A DNA stretch of 64,000 nucleotides from Candidatus Latescibacterota bacterium (GTDB taxonomy: Bacteria > Latescibacterota > UBA2968), in NCBI GenBank assembly GCA_965204745.1, contig OZ242010.1, forward strand, positions 1,632,001 to 1,696,000, given 5' to 3'. Each line of letters begins with the position of its first letter. Position 1 is the stretch's first letter. The translations under genes and the position numbers were made by a program. A model generated the notes under the pieces. The model made no database searches, was not told the origin of the DNA, and was given only the letters and a program-made list of their open reading frames with translations. This document shows, in pieces, positions 45,774 to 55,007 of the stretch.

Positions 45774-47096
45774 CTATGGGGGATCGACCGGGACTTTCTG
45801 GCGTTTTGGAATGAGGGGATCGTAGGTAAAGCCCTCGGTTGCCTTTTCAAATTCCGCGCGGGCCGCTCGCAACTGCTCGGGGTTCGAGATCAGATCGATG
45901 GCCGATCCGGCAAAGACTTTGGCCGTTTGCAAAATCGCGCGCTCGGCAAAGGGCATGGCGGCTTGGGCGGTCATGTCTCGGTGATGGCCCGGCGTGCCCT
46001 TGGTATAGCACACCATCTGAAACCGGCCCATCGGCGCGAGCCACGACACATTGTCTTCATCCGATGAGCCGCGCCCTTGCGACCCCTTGCCCGTTTTGAT
46101 TTTCCCATCAAATTTGCCTTTGTACCCGAGTGCCTGCACGCGCTCCTCGTCTTTTTTGGATGCACGCGGCGGGCCGAATAATTCGAGGTTTTGGCGCACG
46201 GTTTCACCCATGGCATCGTTTGGCAACCGGGGATAGACAGCCGTGATCCGATGCCATTTCATCGTGGTTTCCGTGGCCATGGCCGCGCCTTTGGCGCATT
46301 TGGTCAATCGCTTGCGGATCTCATCGACCTGTGCGCGATCTTTTCCCCGCACGTAGTACCACACTTTCGCGTAGGCCGGCACCACATTGGGCGCGTCGCC
46401 ACCATCGCGGATCACGCAGTGAATACGCACGTTTTCGGGGACGTGTTCGCGCAAATAATTCGCCGCAATATCCATCAACATCACGCCGTCCAATGCGCTG
46501 CGCCCATGGTGCGCGCTCGCGCCGTGAGACGTTTTGCCAAAAAATTCGTACACCAGCGAATCCAGCGATGAGCCTCCGCGGTTGTTCACGCCCGTACTCG
46601 TTCCCGGATGCCACGCGAGCACCGCGTCCAAATCGCGGAACGCGCCATCGCGGGCCATATAGACCTTGCCGGACAGGGTCTCTTCGGCCGGGCAGCCGTA
46701 ATAGATGATCTGCCCGGGGGATTTCAAATTTTCCAACACTGCTTTTGCAGCGACCGCACCTGCGGCCGGGGCAACGCCCAACAAGTTGTGGCCTCAGCCG
46801 TGCCCCCATGTGCCTTCCTCAGCACCGCAGTTGGGCAATGCGTCGTATTCGCCCAACATGCCAATGGCGGGCTTGCCCATCCCCCATGTGGCGCGAAAGG
46901 CGGTTGGGATGTTTTTGAACGGAAATTCGATTTGGAATCCATTGTCTTCCAAATAGGTCGCCAATGCCTTCGACGATTCGCGTTCCCGAAAGGGCCGCTC
47001 GGCCCAGCCGTGAATTTGCCTGGACAGATCAAACGCCCGTCGCGATTGGGCTTTCACCGCAGGGTTGACCCGTGATTTTTTGGTTTTCGCATCCAT
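45774..47096 (-). CDS. M20-family (AbgB-like) amidohydrolase with in-frame TGA at the conserved Cys (recoded, or pseudogene)
   Basis: ORFs 46794-47096 and 45774-46784 are in one frame: EYDALP...GHG-TGA-GHNLLG...GCPAEE...WHP...GSSD. Confidence 0.85.
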
Positions 47097-47169
47097 GATG
47101 GCAGTCCTTTTTGTTGGCGATTACTCCCGCACCGAGTTGACAAGTCGCGCGATGATTTCATTGATGAGT

Positions 47170-49119
47170 TCAACCGAGATTATTTCCCGCCTTTTGCTTT
47201 GCTTCTCGAAGTTGATCGTATCGCTTTAGAAATTCTTTGTGTGCTCGTTTTACCATGGCGAGTAAATCTATGTACCTTCTGATGTAGATTTGCGAATTTG
47301 CTAAAATTTTCCTTTTTCCTCTCACTTGATAAGTGCCCACCAAATCTCCACAAAGGAGATATCCGGTGACGGCCTCGTACTGATAATCGAGATCCGTCGT
47401 CTGTTGAATGTTCTCCCGCATGAAGATAACGTACTCTTCAATTTGATCGAGTTCCTTCACAGAAGCCTTTGACCGCGGGCGTTTGATTTCCACTACGACT
47501 AAGTTCTTATCTTCTCGCACGCAGAGGAAATCAATGCGTCTGTCGCTTTCCGGGGCGTCGCTATTTTCCGGGAATTTGTCGCGCAGTAAGTCGCTATATC
47601 TCACCTCGTCATCGACCAATGTCCAACGCGGGTCAATCACCCACGGAAATTCTTTTAAGAAGTTGTGGAGCGTCGGTACTTCTAACGCATTGTTCTCAAT
47701 CAATTTTTGAAGTTTTTCAATTGTCGTGATTCGCCCTTGAGTCACCCTTGCCATTTCCTTTGCTTCGACAATTTCCCATTCCCGAAATAAATTGAGGAGT
47801 TTTTCGGTGTCCTCAAACTCCGTTTTCGTCAAGTCTTCAGCGATTTCCCAAAAAGCATCAAACTCCAAAAAATCAAGGGAGGTTTGGATGATGGGTTCGA
47901 GTTCCGCAACCTCGGCAATCGGATTCTTGTCAATCGCTTGACGCACCAATTGATCTGCCAACTTCAATGCCCGCTTATTGCCAATCTCCTCTGCTCGTTC
48001 TCGGAACTCGCCATAGACCGCGTTTTCTTCCAATTGCCGTTCATTATCTTCGCGGCGTTTCTTCGACCACTCCCGAGCAATTCGCTTGACCTCTTTATCA
48101 CCCCACTCCTTGAGAGCCGTATTCGCCTCCGTATCCCATACCAATGAGTTGCGCGTCGTTCCGATTGTATCTTCTCCTTCATCGACAAACTCGACGTGAA
48201 GTTCTCCAATGAGGTAGGAAAGCGCGAACTGTTGGCCGACAACCGCTTCAAAGACAAACGGCTCTTGGACCAATTTTCCTCTCGCCATCAGAACGATTCC
48301 GCGGTCTATCCCATCGATATCCGGCGTTGTGCGATTGAGCGCGCCAATCCAACCCGATACGGTCCAGCCCGTTTGGGGTTGGATTTCCTCTTTATCGTAT
48401 TCCCACAAATACGGCGCATCGTTCATATCTTTGTCGAGCAGGCGTTTCAAGTCGCGGTCTTCAGGCGAGATTGGAATCCCGTTAATCGCGACCTCAAAGT
48501 TTTGTCGCGCCCCAATGACAGCGAATCGCCTTGCGAGCCCTCGGCGGATTCTTTGAATCGAAATGCGGCGGGTTTGAAATTTTGTGATGTGTCTGAGGAT
48601 GACTTTTGTGCCTTTAGAGACAGTGCCAGTAGAAGCCAATGGCGGAAATTCGATTTTGCGCTCATCCGCTTTTTCCAACAGTTCGTCGTAGTTCATGCTG
48701 AAATGGCTGACTTCGCCATCTTTCACACTTTCAACATCGATCTCTTTGGCGATGCCAAACGCCGAGAACTTACCGATGCCTTTTCTGCCCATGATTTTGC
48801 GGCTGTGCGGAGGAGGCGTCTCATCGGATCGCTCATTTTCGCGCCGGTCTCGACCGATAATGAGGTATTTTTTTCGCACATCCCCATCTGACATGCCCAT
48901 GCCATCATCGCTGATGACGATTTCAGAGGTTTGTTCGTCAATCGGCGTTTCGGGTATGGTAATCTCGACCTTGGTTGCGTTTGCATCCCAACCGTTGGCT
49001 ACCAATTCCCCGATGACTGGCGGCAATGTCGAGTACATCTGCAAGCCGAGGTGCTTAATGGTATAAACGTCAAATTCCATCCGATATGGGGCTTTGGAAG
49101 CGACTGCGCGAGTACCCAT
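47170..49119 (-). CDS. GHKL (MORC/HSP90-like) ATPase fused to a C-terminal PD-(D/E)xK nuclease-like domain
   Basis: ELVANGWDANA, DDGMGM, GRKGIGK, GTKV; C-terminal RIDFLC...VVVEIKRP...QIEEY. Confidence 0.85.
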   Translation of the reverse strand: MGTRAVASKAPYRMEFDVYTIKHLGLQMYSTLPPVIGELVANGWDANATKVEITIPETPIDEQTSEIVISDDGMGMSDGDVRKKYLIIGRDRRENERSDETPPPHSRKIMGRKGIGKFSAFGIAKEIDVESVKDGEVSHFSMNYDELLEKADERKIEFPPLASTGTVSKGTKVILRHITKFQTRRISIQRIRRGLARRFAVIGARQNFEVAINGIPISPEDRDLKRLLDKDMNDAPYLWEYDKEEIQPQTGWTVSGWIGALNRTTPDIDGIDRGIVLMARGKLVQEPFVFEAVVGQQFALSYLIGELHVEFVDEGEDTIGTTRNSLVWDTEANTALKEWGDKEVKRIAREWSKKRREDNERQLEENAVYGEFRERAEEIGNKRALKLADQLVRQAIDKNPIAEVAELEPIIQTSLDFLEFDAFWEIAEDLTKTEFEDTEKLLNLFREWEIVEAKEMARVTQGRITTIEKLQKLIENNALEVPTLHNFLKEFPWVIDPRWTLVDDEVRYSDLLRDKFPENSDAPESDRRIDFLCVREDKNLVVVEIKRPRSKASVKELDQIEEYVIFMRENIQQTTDLDYQYEAVTGYLLCGDLVGTYQVRGKRKILANSQIYIRRYIDLLAMVKRAHKEFLKRYDQLREAKQKAGNNLG

Positions 49120-49137
49120 AACATGTCTCCTTCAGCA

Positions 49138-50163
49138 TCAACGCGAATCGGTAATTGATTTGCCCAACTGTTCTGCGAGTTTCACCGGGACAGCGTTGCC
49201 GATTTGACGAGAACAAGAAATCAAAGATGAACCGAAAAACTCGTAATCGTCTCCAAATGTTTGCAAGGCAGCGGCCTCGCGTAAGGAAATGCCCCTGTCT
49301 TGCTCGGGGTGTATAAAGCGACCACAATAAACATCGGTGCAACGACACGTCAACGTCGGACTCGGCTCATCCCATGCCATCCGCCCAAACACATCTTTAT
49401 GGGCGTTTGGTCTCTTTTGGTGACAGGGTAACAGAATAGAGGTGTCGGTCACATCCCGCCGACTGCCGCCGTTTTTGGGGATGGCTAAGACGATGCGTTT
49501 GTGGTGCGGTTGCAGTTTTCTGGCGACGTGATTCGGATGGGCCTTTGATGCTTCGCCATCGGCAATTGCAGGGTACTTTTCAATGCACGCCCGCACGGTT
49601 GACATCCGGCTTGGATCTGTTTGTGGCTTATGTAGAGAGATTGCCCCGTGTCTGGATGCCACGAGGATGAATCTCTTGCGCGTTTGCGGAACGCCGAAGT
49701 GTTTCGCGTCGAGCAAATCCGCCGCCGCCGAAAAGCCGCACCTTTTTAAGGTCGATAGAAATTCTTTGTAGATTTCTTTTCCGTGAGCTTTATGTAGCCC
49801 GGGGACATTTTCAACGAGAATAAAATCAGGAGGGCATTTTTTGATGATTTTTGCAAAATCCAATAGGAGTATTTTTCGTTTGTCTTTGCCTTTCTGCCTG
49901 TTGAGTGTAGAAAAGGGTTGGCAGGGCGTACACGCCGCATAAAGGATGAGGTCTTGCGGCTGGATGCCGAGTTCTTCCCGAAGTGCTTCAATCTCAATAT
50001 CATTGATGTCGCTGGCAATAAAACGACTGGGCTTGTTATTGTGCGTGTAGGTCTGTTGCAAGCGTTCATCATTGTCCACGCCTGCCAACACCGAGATGCT
50101 GGCATTCAACAACCCCCTCGTTAAACCACCCGCTCCGCAAAAGAAATCAATGGCTTTGATCAT
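49138..50163 (-). CDS. DNA (cytosine-5)-methyltransferase
   Basis: DFFCGAGG, PCQPFS, ENVPG, GVPQTRKR, REAAALQTF, QIGNAVP. Confidence 0.96.
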   Translation of the reverse strand: MIKAIDFFCGAGGLTRGLLNASISVLAGVDNDERLQQTYTHNNKPSRFIASDINDIEIEALREELGIQPQDLILYAACTPCQPFSTLNRQKGKDKRKILLLDFAKIIKKCPPDFILVENVPGLHKAHGKEIYKEFLSTLKRCGFSAAADLLDAKHFGVPQTRKRFILVASRHGAISLHKPQTDPSRMSTVRACIEKYPAIADGEASKAHPNHVARKLQPHHKRIVLAIPKNGGSRRDVTDTSILLPCHQKRPNAHKDVFGRMAWDEPSPTLTCRCTDVYCGRFIHPEQDRGISLREAAALQTFGDDYEFFGSSLISCSRQIGNAVPVKLAEQLGKSITDSR

Positions 50164-50317
50164 GGCATACCTTTCAAATTCTCAACCAAGCCTTGGAATG
50201 CTTTATCCAACAACCCCAACCCCGGCAACCCCTCCACAAACGCCCGTTGCGATTGGGCTTTCACCGCAGGGTTGACCCGTGATTTTTTGGTTTTCGCATC
50301 CATGATGGCAGTCCTTT
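50160..50317 (-). pseudogene. Chimeric remnant: amidohydrolase 5' end fused to a type IIG gene 3' end
   Basis: 50237-50317 matches 47030-47110 (80/81); 50215-50239 matches 55033-55057 (25/25). Confidence 0.85.
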
Positions 50318-50535
50318 CATGTCTGTACAAAGATAGGCTCACGGATCACATCTCGAATTTCCGCAACGGACTCTTCAGCGAGCAGGCGATTGGCTTCAAG
50401 GGTCATTGCGATTGCCTCTCGAATATTGACCCGAACTTCATCGAGCGTCTCCCCTTGCGTGTTCGCGCCGGGCAATTCTTCGACAAATCCAATATACCCT
50501 TCCGAGACTTTTCTATAAACTGCGGTGAATTTCAT
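50317..50535 (-). CDS. HicB-family antitoxin, HicA partner absent
   Basis: GYIGFVEELPGANTQGETLDEVRVNIREAI. Confidence 0.85.
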   Translation of the reverse strand: MKFTAVYRKVSEGYIGFVEELPGANTQGETLDEVRVNIREAIAMTLEANRLLAEESVAEIRDVIREPIFVQT

Positions 50536-50593
50536 GTTGGAAATCTCCTTTCGCGTTGTCTCGATCTACTGACGCTACGCACAACTTCACATA

Positions 50594-50883
50594 TGCGTTG
50601 CTTGTCTAAAGCGTTTGGTCCTATAGCATCGTTTATTGCCTTTGATGCCTTCGGCGACCTACTTTTTTTCTACAGCAAAAAAAAGTAGGCGAGCGGGGTA
50701 CAACTGCCCCAGCAGTTCAAAAATGCCGCTCTCAAACGCCGAGAGGCTTGCACAGCGCAAATCGCTTTTGTAATCGCACGACATGCGCCAGCCTGCAAGG
50801 TGGGTTGCATAATGGAGGTTGGTTGCGAAACGGACTTGCGCGCTGTGCCTGATGGCTTTTTCCGATGGGTTTTTTGATGGCAT
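50594..50883. repeat. Repeat family C, copy 3, carrying a ~28-bp nested insert (50691-50718)
   Basis: Aligns with copies 1 and 2 except for GAGCGGGGTACAACTGCCCCAGCAGTTC. Confidence 0.9.
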
Positions 50884-52377
50884 TCACCGTGAGTAGTCCG
50901 ATGGATTTTTCATGTTACCATTGATCACAAATACAAATGCCTTAGATGGAAAATCTTTGGCTATATCGTCTCCCCCATGAGTCTCGACATCAGTAAGAAT
51001 AATATCGTTCCGAATGTCGCCGGGGGGCTTATCTTTGGTCGTCAGGTCGAGTACGAGAAGGATGCTGACTTGTCGGGCTTCGACGCCTGCATATTGAGTA
51101 GCTTGGGCTGTGTACTTTTTCGAGATGTGCTCTCGGGCACCGTTTTCCTTTTCGACTTTTAGTTCGACAATCACTCCGCAATACCTAATATCTGTGACGC
51201 CCCCTGCTTGGCTTGAGTGTTCTTGTACATCCTGTCCGAGCACATTCCGGAGATCTCGAAGCACTCTTACTTGGAACTTAGCCTCCGATACATCACTCCG
51301 TCCCTTGTAGATTGCTTCTTGAGCATAAGTAGCCAGCAGACGAGTGAGAGCCTGAAGCATCTTTAACAAGTCAGGAAGTTCATAGCGGACTTTGGGACAG
51401 TCTGAAAGCAGTCTTGTGGCAAGTTCGTTAATGTGTTGATCCAGTCTCCGGTTGCCTGTCATCAGGGGATGCCTAGCTTCATTAACAACTTTGAGACGCA
51501 ACTCATTGTGCCCAATTACGGGGAGTTTAATGAACTTTCCGTCGGACGTTTCAAATGCGCCACGAACTGTAAATACAAGATCATCTAGACCGCTACTTTG
51601 CTCTGAATTGAACTTAATTTGTCCTGCTAATTCCCCCCGATACTCGCCATTTTCAACACTACCCGGTGCGGGCAGCACAAATTTGGAAATCGAGAACTCG
51701 GTTGAGGGACACGTCGTAAGCAAGTCAAGGTGAAGGCGAATCGCATCATTGGGCCATGTGAGGCCACGCACCCGAAATTCCAAAGGGTACAAAATATTGG
51801 GTTTTAAGAGTTGTGGACTTGCAAGCGGAGCATGATCCAGAAATACAATCACCCTCAACATCGGGCTTAGTGTAGCTACGGGTTCTTCTACCGCACCTTG
51901 ATATGGAAGATCCAATTTGCTTCTATGCCAGTACAAGATAGGTAGTGGGACTGCCAAGAGGAATGCACGCAGTCTGTCGGAATCGCATTGCCCTGTTTGG
52001 AACAATGATTGACGAATTGAATCCGCGATACCCGGCAATGTGAGAGTGTCCGACGAAATCCAACGTCGTAGCTCATCAACTAAGACATCGCATCTTGCAC
52101 GTTCCGCAACCAAGTCACCTTCACTACCTTGGGCAATTGCTACACAAGTAACTTGACTGACCAAGACACGTAGTCCGGCAACGACGACCTCCCACTCTAC
52201 AGGTACATACCCATCTGGCGTCTGTTTGATAAGTTTGTCAATCTGATCGACGAAAGTATCAACCTTCTGACACCATTCTACTTTATCATCAGTGTCCGAG
52301 TTCAAAATCGTGCGTATATCATGAATGAGTGCCACTGAATTAGAAGCATGATCAATATCCAACTTGGATTCCCACAT
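50884..52377 (-). CDS. Hypothetical protein with probable C-terminal PD-(D/E)xK nuclease domain
   Basis: SEAKFQ...QEHSSQAGGVTDI....IVELK...QATQY; TGATG coupling to the upstream gene. Confidence 0.7.
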   Translation of the reverse strand: MWESKLDIDHASNSVALIHDIRTILNSDTDDKVEWCQKVDTFVDQIDKLIKQTPDGYVPVEWEVVVAGLRVLVSQVTCVAIAQGSEGDLVAERARCDVLVDELRRWISSDTLTLPGIADSIRQSLFQTGQCDSDRLRAFLLAVPLPILYWHRSKLDLPYQGAVEEPVATLSPMLRVIVFLDHAPLASPQLLKPNILYPLEFRVRGLTWPNDAIRLHLDLLTTCPSTEFSISKFVLPAPGSVENGEYRGELAGQIKFNSEQSSGLDDLVFTVRGAFETSDGKFIKLPVIGHNELRLKVVNEARHPLMTGNRRLDQHINELATRLLSDCPKVRYELPDLLKMLQALTRLLATYAQEAIYKGRSDVSEAKFQVRVLRDLRNVLGQDVQEHSSQAGGVTDIRYCGVIVELKVEKENGAREHISKKYTAQATQYAGVEARQVSILLVLDLTTKDKPPGDIRNDIILTDVETHGGDDIAKDFPSKAFVFVINGNMKNPSDYSR

Positions 52378-54974
52378 CAAGTTTCATCCTTTCCCTTTGT
52401 AAAATATGCTTCAGCCGCTACTGTGTCACCGGTTTGTAGTGATGCGTTTCCTGCGGCGATCATCGCGAGTTGCTGTAATTTTGTGCGAAATGCTTCATGT
52501 CTTGGTTCTTTTGCGAGAGCGTTGGTTGCGGTCTCCAATACATTTTGCTCGTATTGAAATGCGCGGAAGTGCGAGAAAAGGCTTGCGAAATGGCGTGATT
52601 CCCAAGCATCACGTTTGGCTAGTTGTAGGGCGGAAACCAAGAGGTCATCTGCTATACTCTGATACGTTGCGACTGGAAGTTGGTGTAGCCATTTGAAGAA
52701 TCGAAAATGTCCGTAGTAATTAGAGCGATCTCTGTCATGGTACGCTATATGCACACCAATGTCTTTGGCAACAAATTTAGCAATTTTTTCGTTTGGCTCG
52801 CAGAACCGAATCAGGTTTTCCGCGATCTTTCTATCTACAAAATATTCTTTAGTCGGAAAGACAGACTTGACCATGCGTAACGCCAATAGTTTGAGGCTCT
52901 CATCTCGGTGACCAATTTTCAGGATTGCATCGCAGATACCTTCGAGTTGATATTTATCATTATGATACACACGAAGGTGTGCTTCAAGACACTTAAGAAC
53001 TTCAAGTGGTTGCCTTTTATCAAACCACTTTGAACACCGAGCCACGGCTTGTCGCGCAGCTCGATGAACAATGACTTTCGGATCTTGTAGGTGAACGATA
53101 ATGGTGTCCACAAGATTTTGGGGTGGCATAGTGGTCGAAGAAGAGAACATCTCGACTGTTGCGTTTATTGCTTCAGCCCGCACCCAAGATGAATCGTAAT
53201 CCATCAACGTACGCCAAATCAAAGGTAGTACGCGTGTTTGGAGAGTATAGTTCTTGCCAAGTTCACCGAGCAACGATACACAGCACCCCTTGAATTCGTC
53301 CTCAAGGTGTGCTGACGGTTGGTTCAAACAGTTGAAGACAGAATCGAATGTCTCTGAAGGCTTGGCTTTGCAGAGTTCGTTCAAGCATCCCTGCAATCGT
53401 CTTTTGAATAAATCCCATTGTTGGATGCGCCCTAATTCTTCTAGCAACTGCTCAAGTTGAGTATCTTGCGTCTGAACCTGGTTAGGTAGCAGAATTTTGG
53501 GCGGTGAGGCAGGCGGAGGTTCCTCGCCACTAATGATGGCAAAATAACCGAGGAGAGAGTCAAAATGGTTCAGCATCTCTGCTGAGGCATCTTGACAGGC
53601 GATTTCCAACGCTTCAAATGCAGCGGCTCGAATATCGATCTCGAATCTGTCGTCCTTAGCCCATGAAAGTAACCGCTTAATTGCAATCTTCTCCTGTTCT
53701 GACACTTCAGTTCGGTTTCTATGATCCTGTCGTTCTTCCCAACTTACGGTCTGGTCAAAAAGTGGGCCTCGGTACACACGAATAATATCTTCTTGCACGG
53801 CTGGACGAACGCGGGTCATTGACTCGGCAAGAAACTGGTCAACTCTCTCTGGGGAATACCGAAACGCCGATTGCAAAATTTGGATAATCTGTTCTGATGG
53901 CTTCTCTGCACCTGACCGTGTATTTTCGTAAAATTCAAGTGATTGAACTAAGTCGCCAAGTAGATTCTCGGCTATCTGTGGTCGTTCGCGCTGAATGAGT
54001 TTGATCGTTCCACACAATTGGAAGCGTTCGGCCTCACTCTCGTTTTGTAGTTCGCGGCGAATAATGTTTTGCACACTCTCTGGGTCAGCGTCAAAATTTC
54101 GTACGATGACTGCGGTACTGTGATAGTAGCCAGATTCATCGTAGGCCCTATTACGAAAGAAAAGGTAGTGATCCTGCGAAAATATCAAGTGTTTGATACA
54201 TGCTTCACTGAGTGGATACTCAACGGCGTCACCGAGCGCGTTAAGCATTGCGGCAGACAACTCTGGAGATTGTCCTTTCACAATATTGTCAAAAGCTACT
54301 TGGCTAAAGCGAGGGCCTAACTCAGAGCGTTTGCTGGCGAGTGTTGTACAGACCGGAAGCATTAGTTCGGAAAATTCGGCGGAACCGGCAAGTAGCAAGA
54401 TCAGGTCAATAGCATCGTCCGGAAACAGATCTGCCCCCAAGAGTGCAGATTGTTGCAAGCGTTCGGATGCTTCCTTACGTTCGGTTTCATCTTCAGAAAA
54501 AAACTCCTCGAGATACTTAAGTATGCTGTAAGCTTCGGGTTCTGATTCCGAGCTGATCTCCCCGGATTTTATACGCAAATCAGAGCGGAGTTGGGATATT
54601 CGCTCCGCTTCTGTTTTGGTTGCTTGCTCGCGTTCTTGGACTTCTTTTTTGTTTTTTTTTATAATCTCTTGTCCCCAAGAAGTATCTCCATTAGGAGTAT
54701 GATGCGGACAAATGGCACAATGTTCTACAAGGAAATTGGAGAAAATCCAACGAAGATTCATGGACTCGTGCATGCCCTCTACTTTAGGGCAACCTATGCT
54801 ATGGCTTGCAATGGGAAGTCCTGTCCATTGTGCGTAAAGCCCTTCAGTGGTTCGCTCAATCTCCACATGTTTGCACCAACGCCGCATTTGGCGTATGCAC
54901 TCAGCATTGTCCTCGCCGAGCTTTATAGCTTGCTTAAAATCATCATCTTGAGTTTCGTCGAATCGTCGCATCAT
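52377..54974 (-). CDS. Hypothetical 865-aa helical-repeat (HEAT/ARM-like) protein with N-terminal Cys/His cluster
   Basis: Long ORF with AGGAG RBS; WCKH, IGCP, HCAICPHH; repeated amphipathic helices (VRAEAI, VHRAARQAV). Confidence 0.7.
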   Translation of the reverse strand: MMRRFDETQDDDFKQAIKLGEDNAECIRQMRRWCKHVEIERTTEGLYAQWTGLPIASHSIGCPKVEGMHESMNLRWIFSNFLVEHCAICPHHTPNGDTSWGQEIIKKNKKEVQEREQATKTEAERISQLRSDLRIKSGEISSESEPEAYSILKYLEEFFSEDETERKEASERLQQSALLGADLFPDDAIDLILLLAGSAEFSELMLPVCTTLASKRSELGPRFSQVAFDNIVKGQSPELSAAMLNALGDAVEYPLSEACIKHLIFSQDHYLFFRNRAYDESGYYHSTAVIVRNFDADPESVQNIIRRELQNESEAERFQLCGTIKLIQRERPQIAENLLGDLVQSLEFYENTRSGAEKPSEQIIQILQSAFRYSPERVDQFLAESMTRVRPAVQEDIIRVYRGPLFDQTVSWEERQDHRNRTEVSEQEKIAIKRLLSWAKDDRFEIDIRAAAFEALEIACQDASAEMLNHFDSLLGYFAIISGEEPPPASPPKILLPNQVQTQDTQLEQLLEELGRIQQWDLFKRRLQGCLNELCKAKPSETFDSVFNCLNQPSAHLEDEFKGCCVSLLGELGKNYTLQTRVLPLIWRTLMDYDSSWVRAEAINATVEMFSSSTTMPPQNLVDTIIVHLQDPKVIVHRAARQAVARCSKWFDKRQPLEVLKCLEAHLRVYHNDKYQLEGICDAILKIGHRDESLKLLALRMVKSVFPTKEYFVDRKIAENLIRFCEPNEKIAKFVAKDIGVHIAYHDRDRSNYYGHFRFFKWLHQLPVATYQSIADDLLVSALQLAKRDAWESRHFASLFSHFRAFQYEQNVLETATNALAKEPRHEAFRTKLQQLAMIAAGNASLQTGDTVAAEAYFTKGKDET

Positions 54975-55007
54975 TTTTTGATTCTCCTTAGCAGATGTTG
55001 CTACCTA

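Noticed and set aside
54645-54660. Phase-variable homopolymer (also the A-run near 43787-43795)
   Set aside because: Runs of about 9 nt in AT-rich, in-frame genes are expected by chance, and there is no evidence of slippage.
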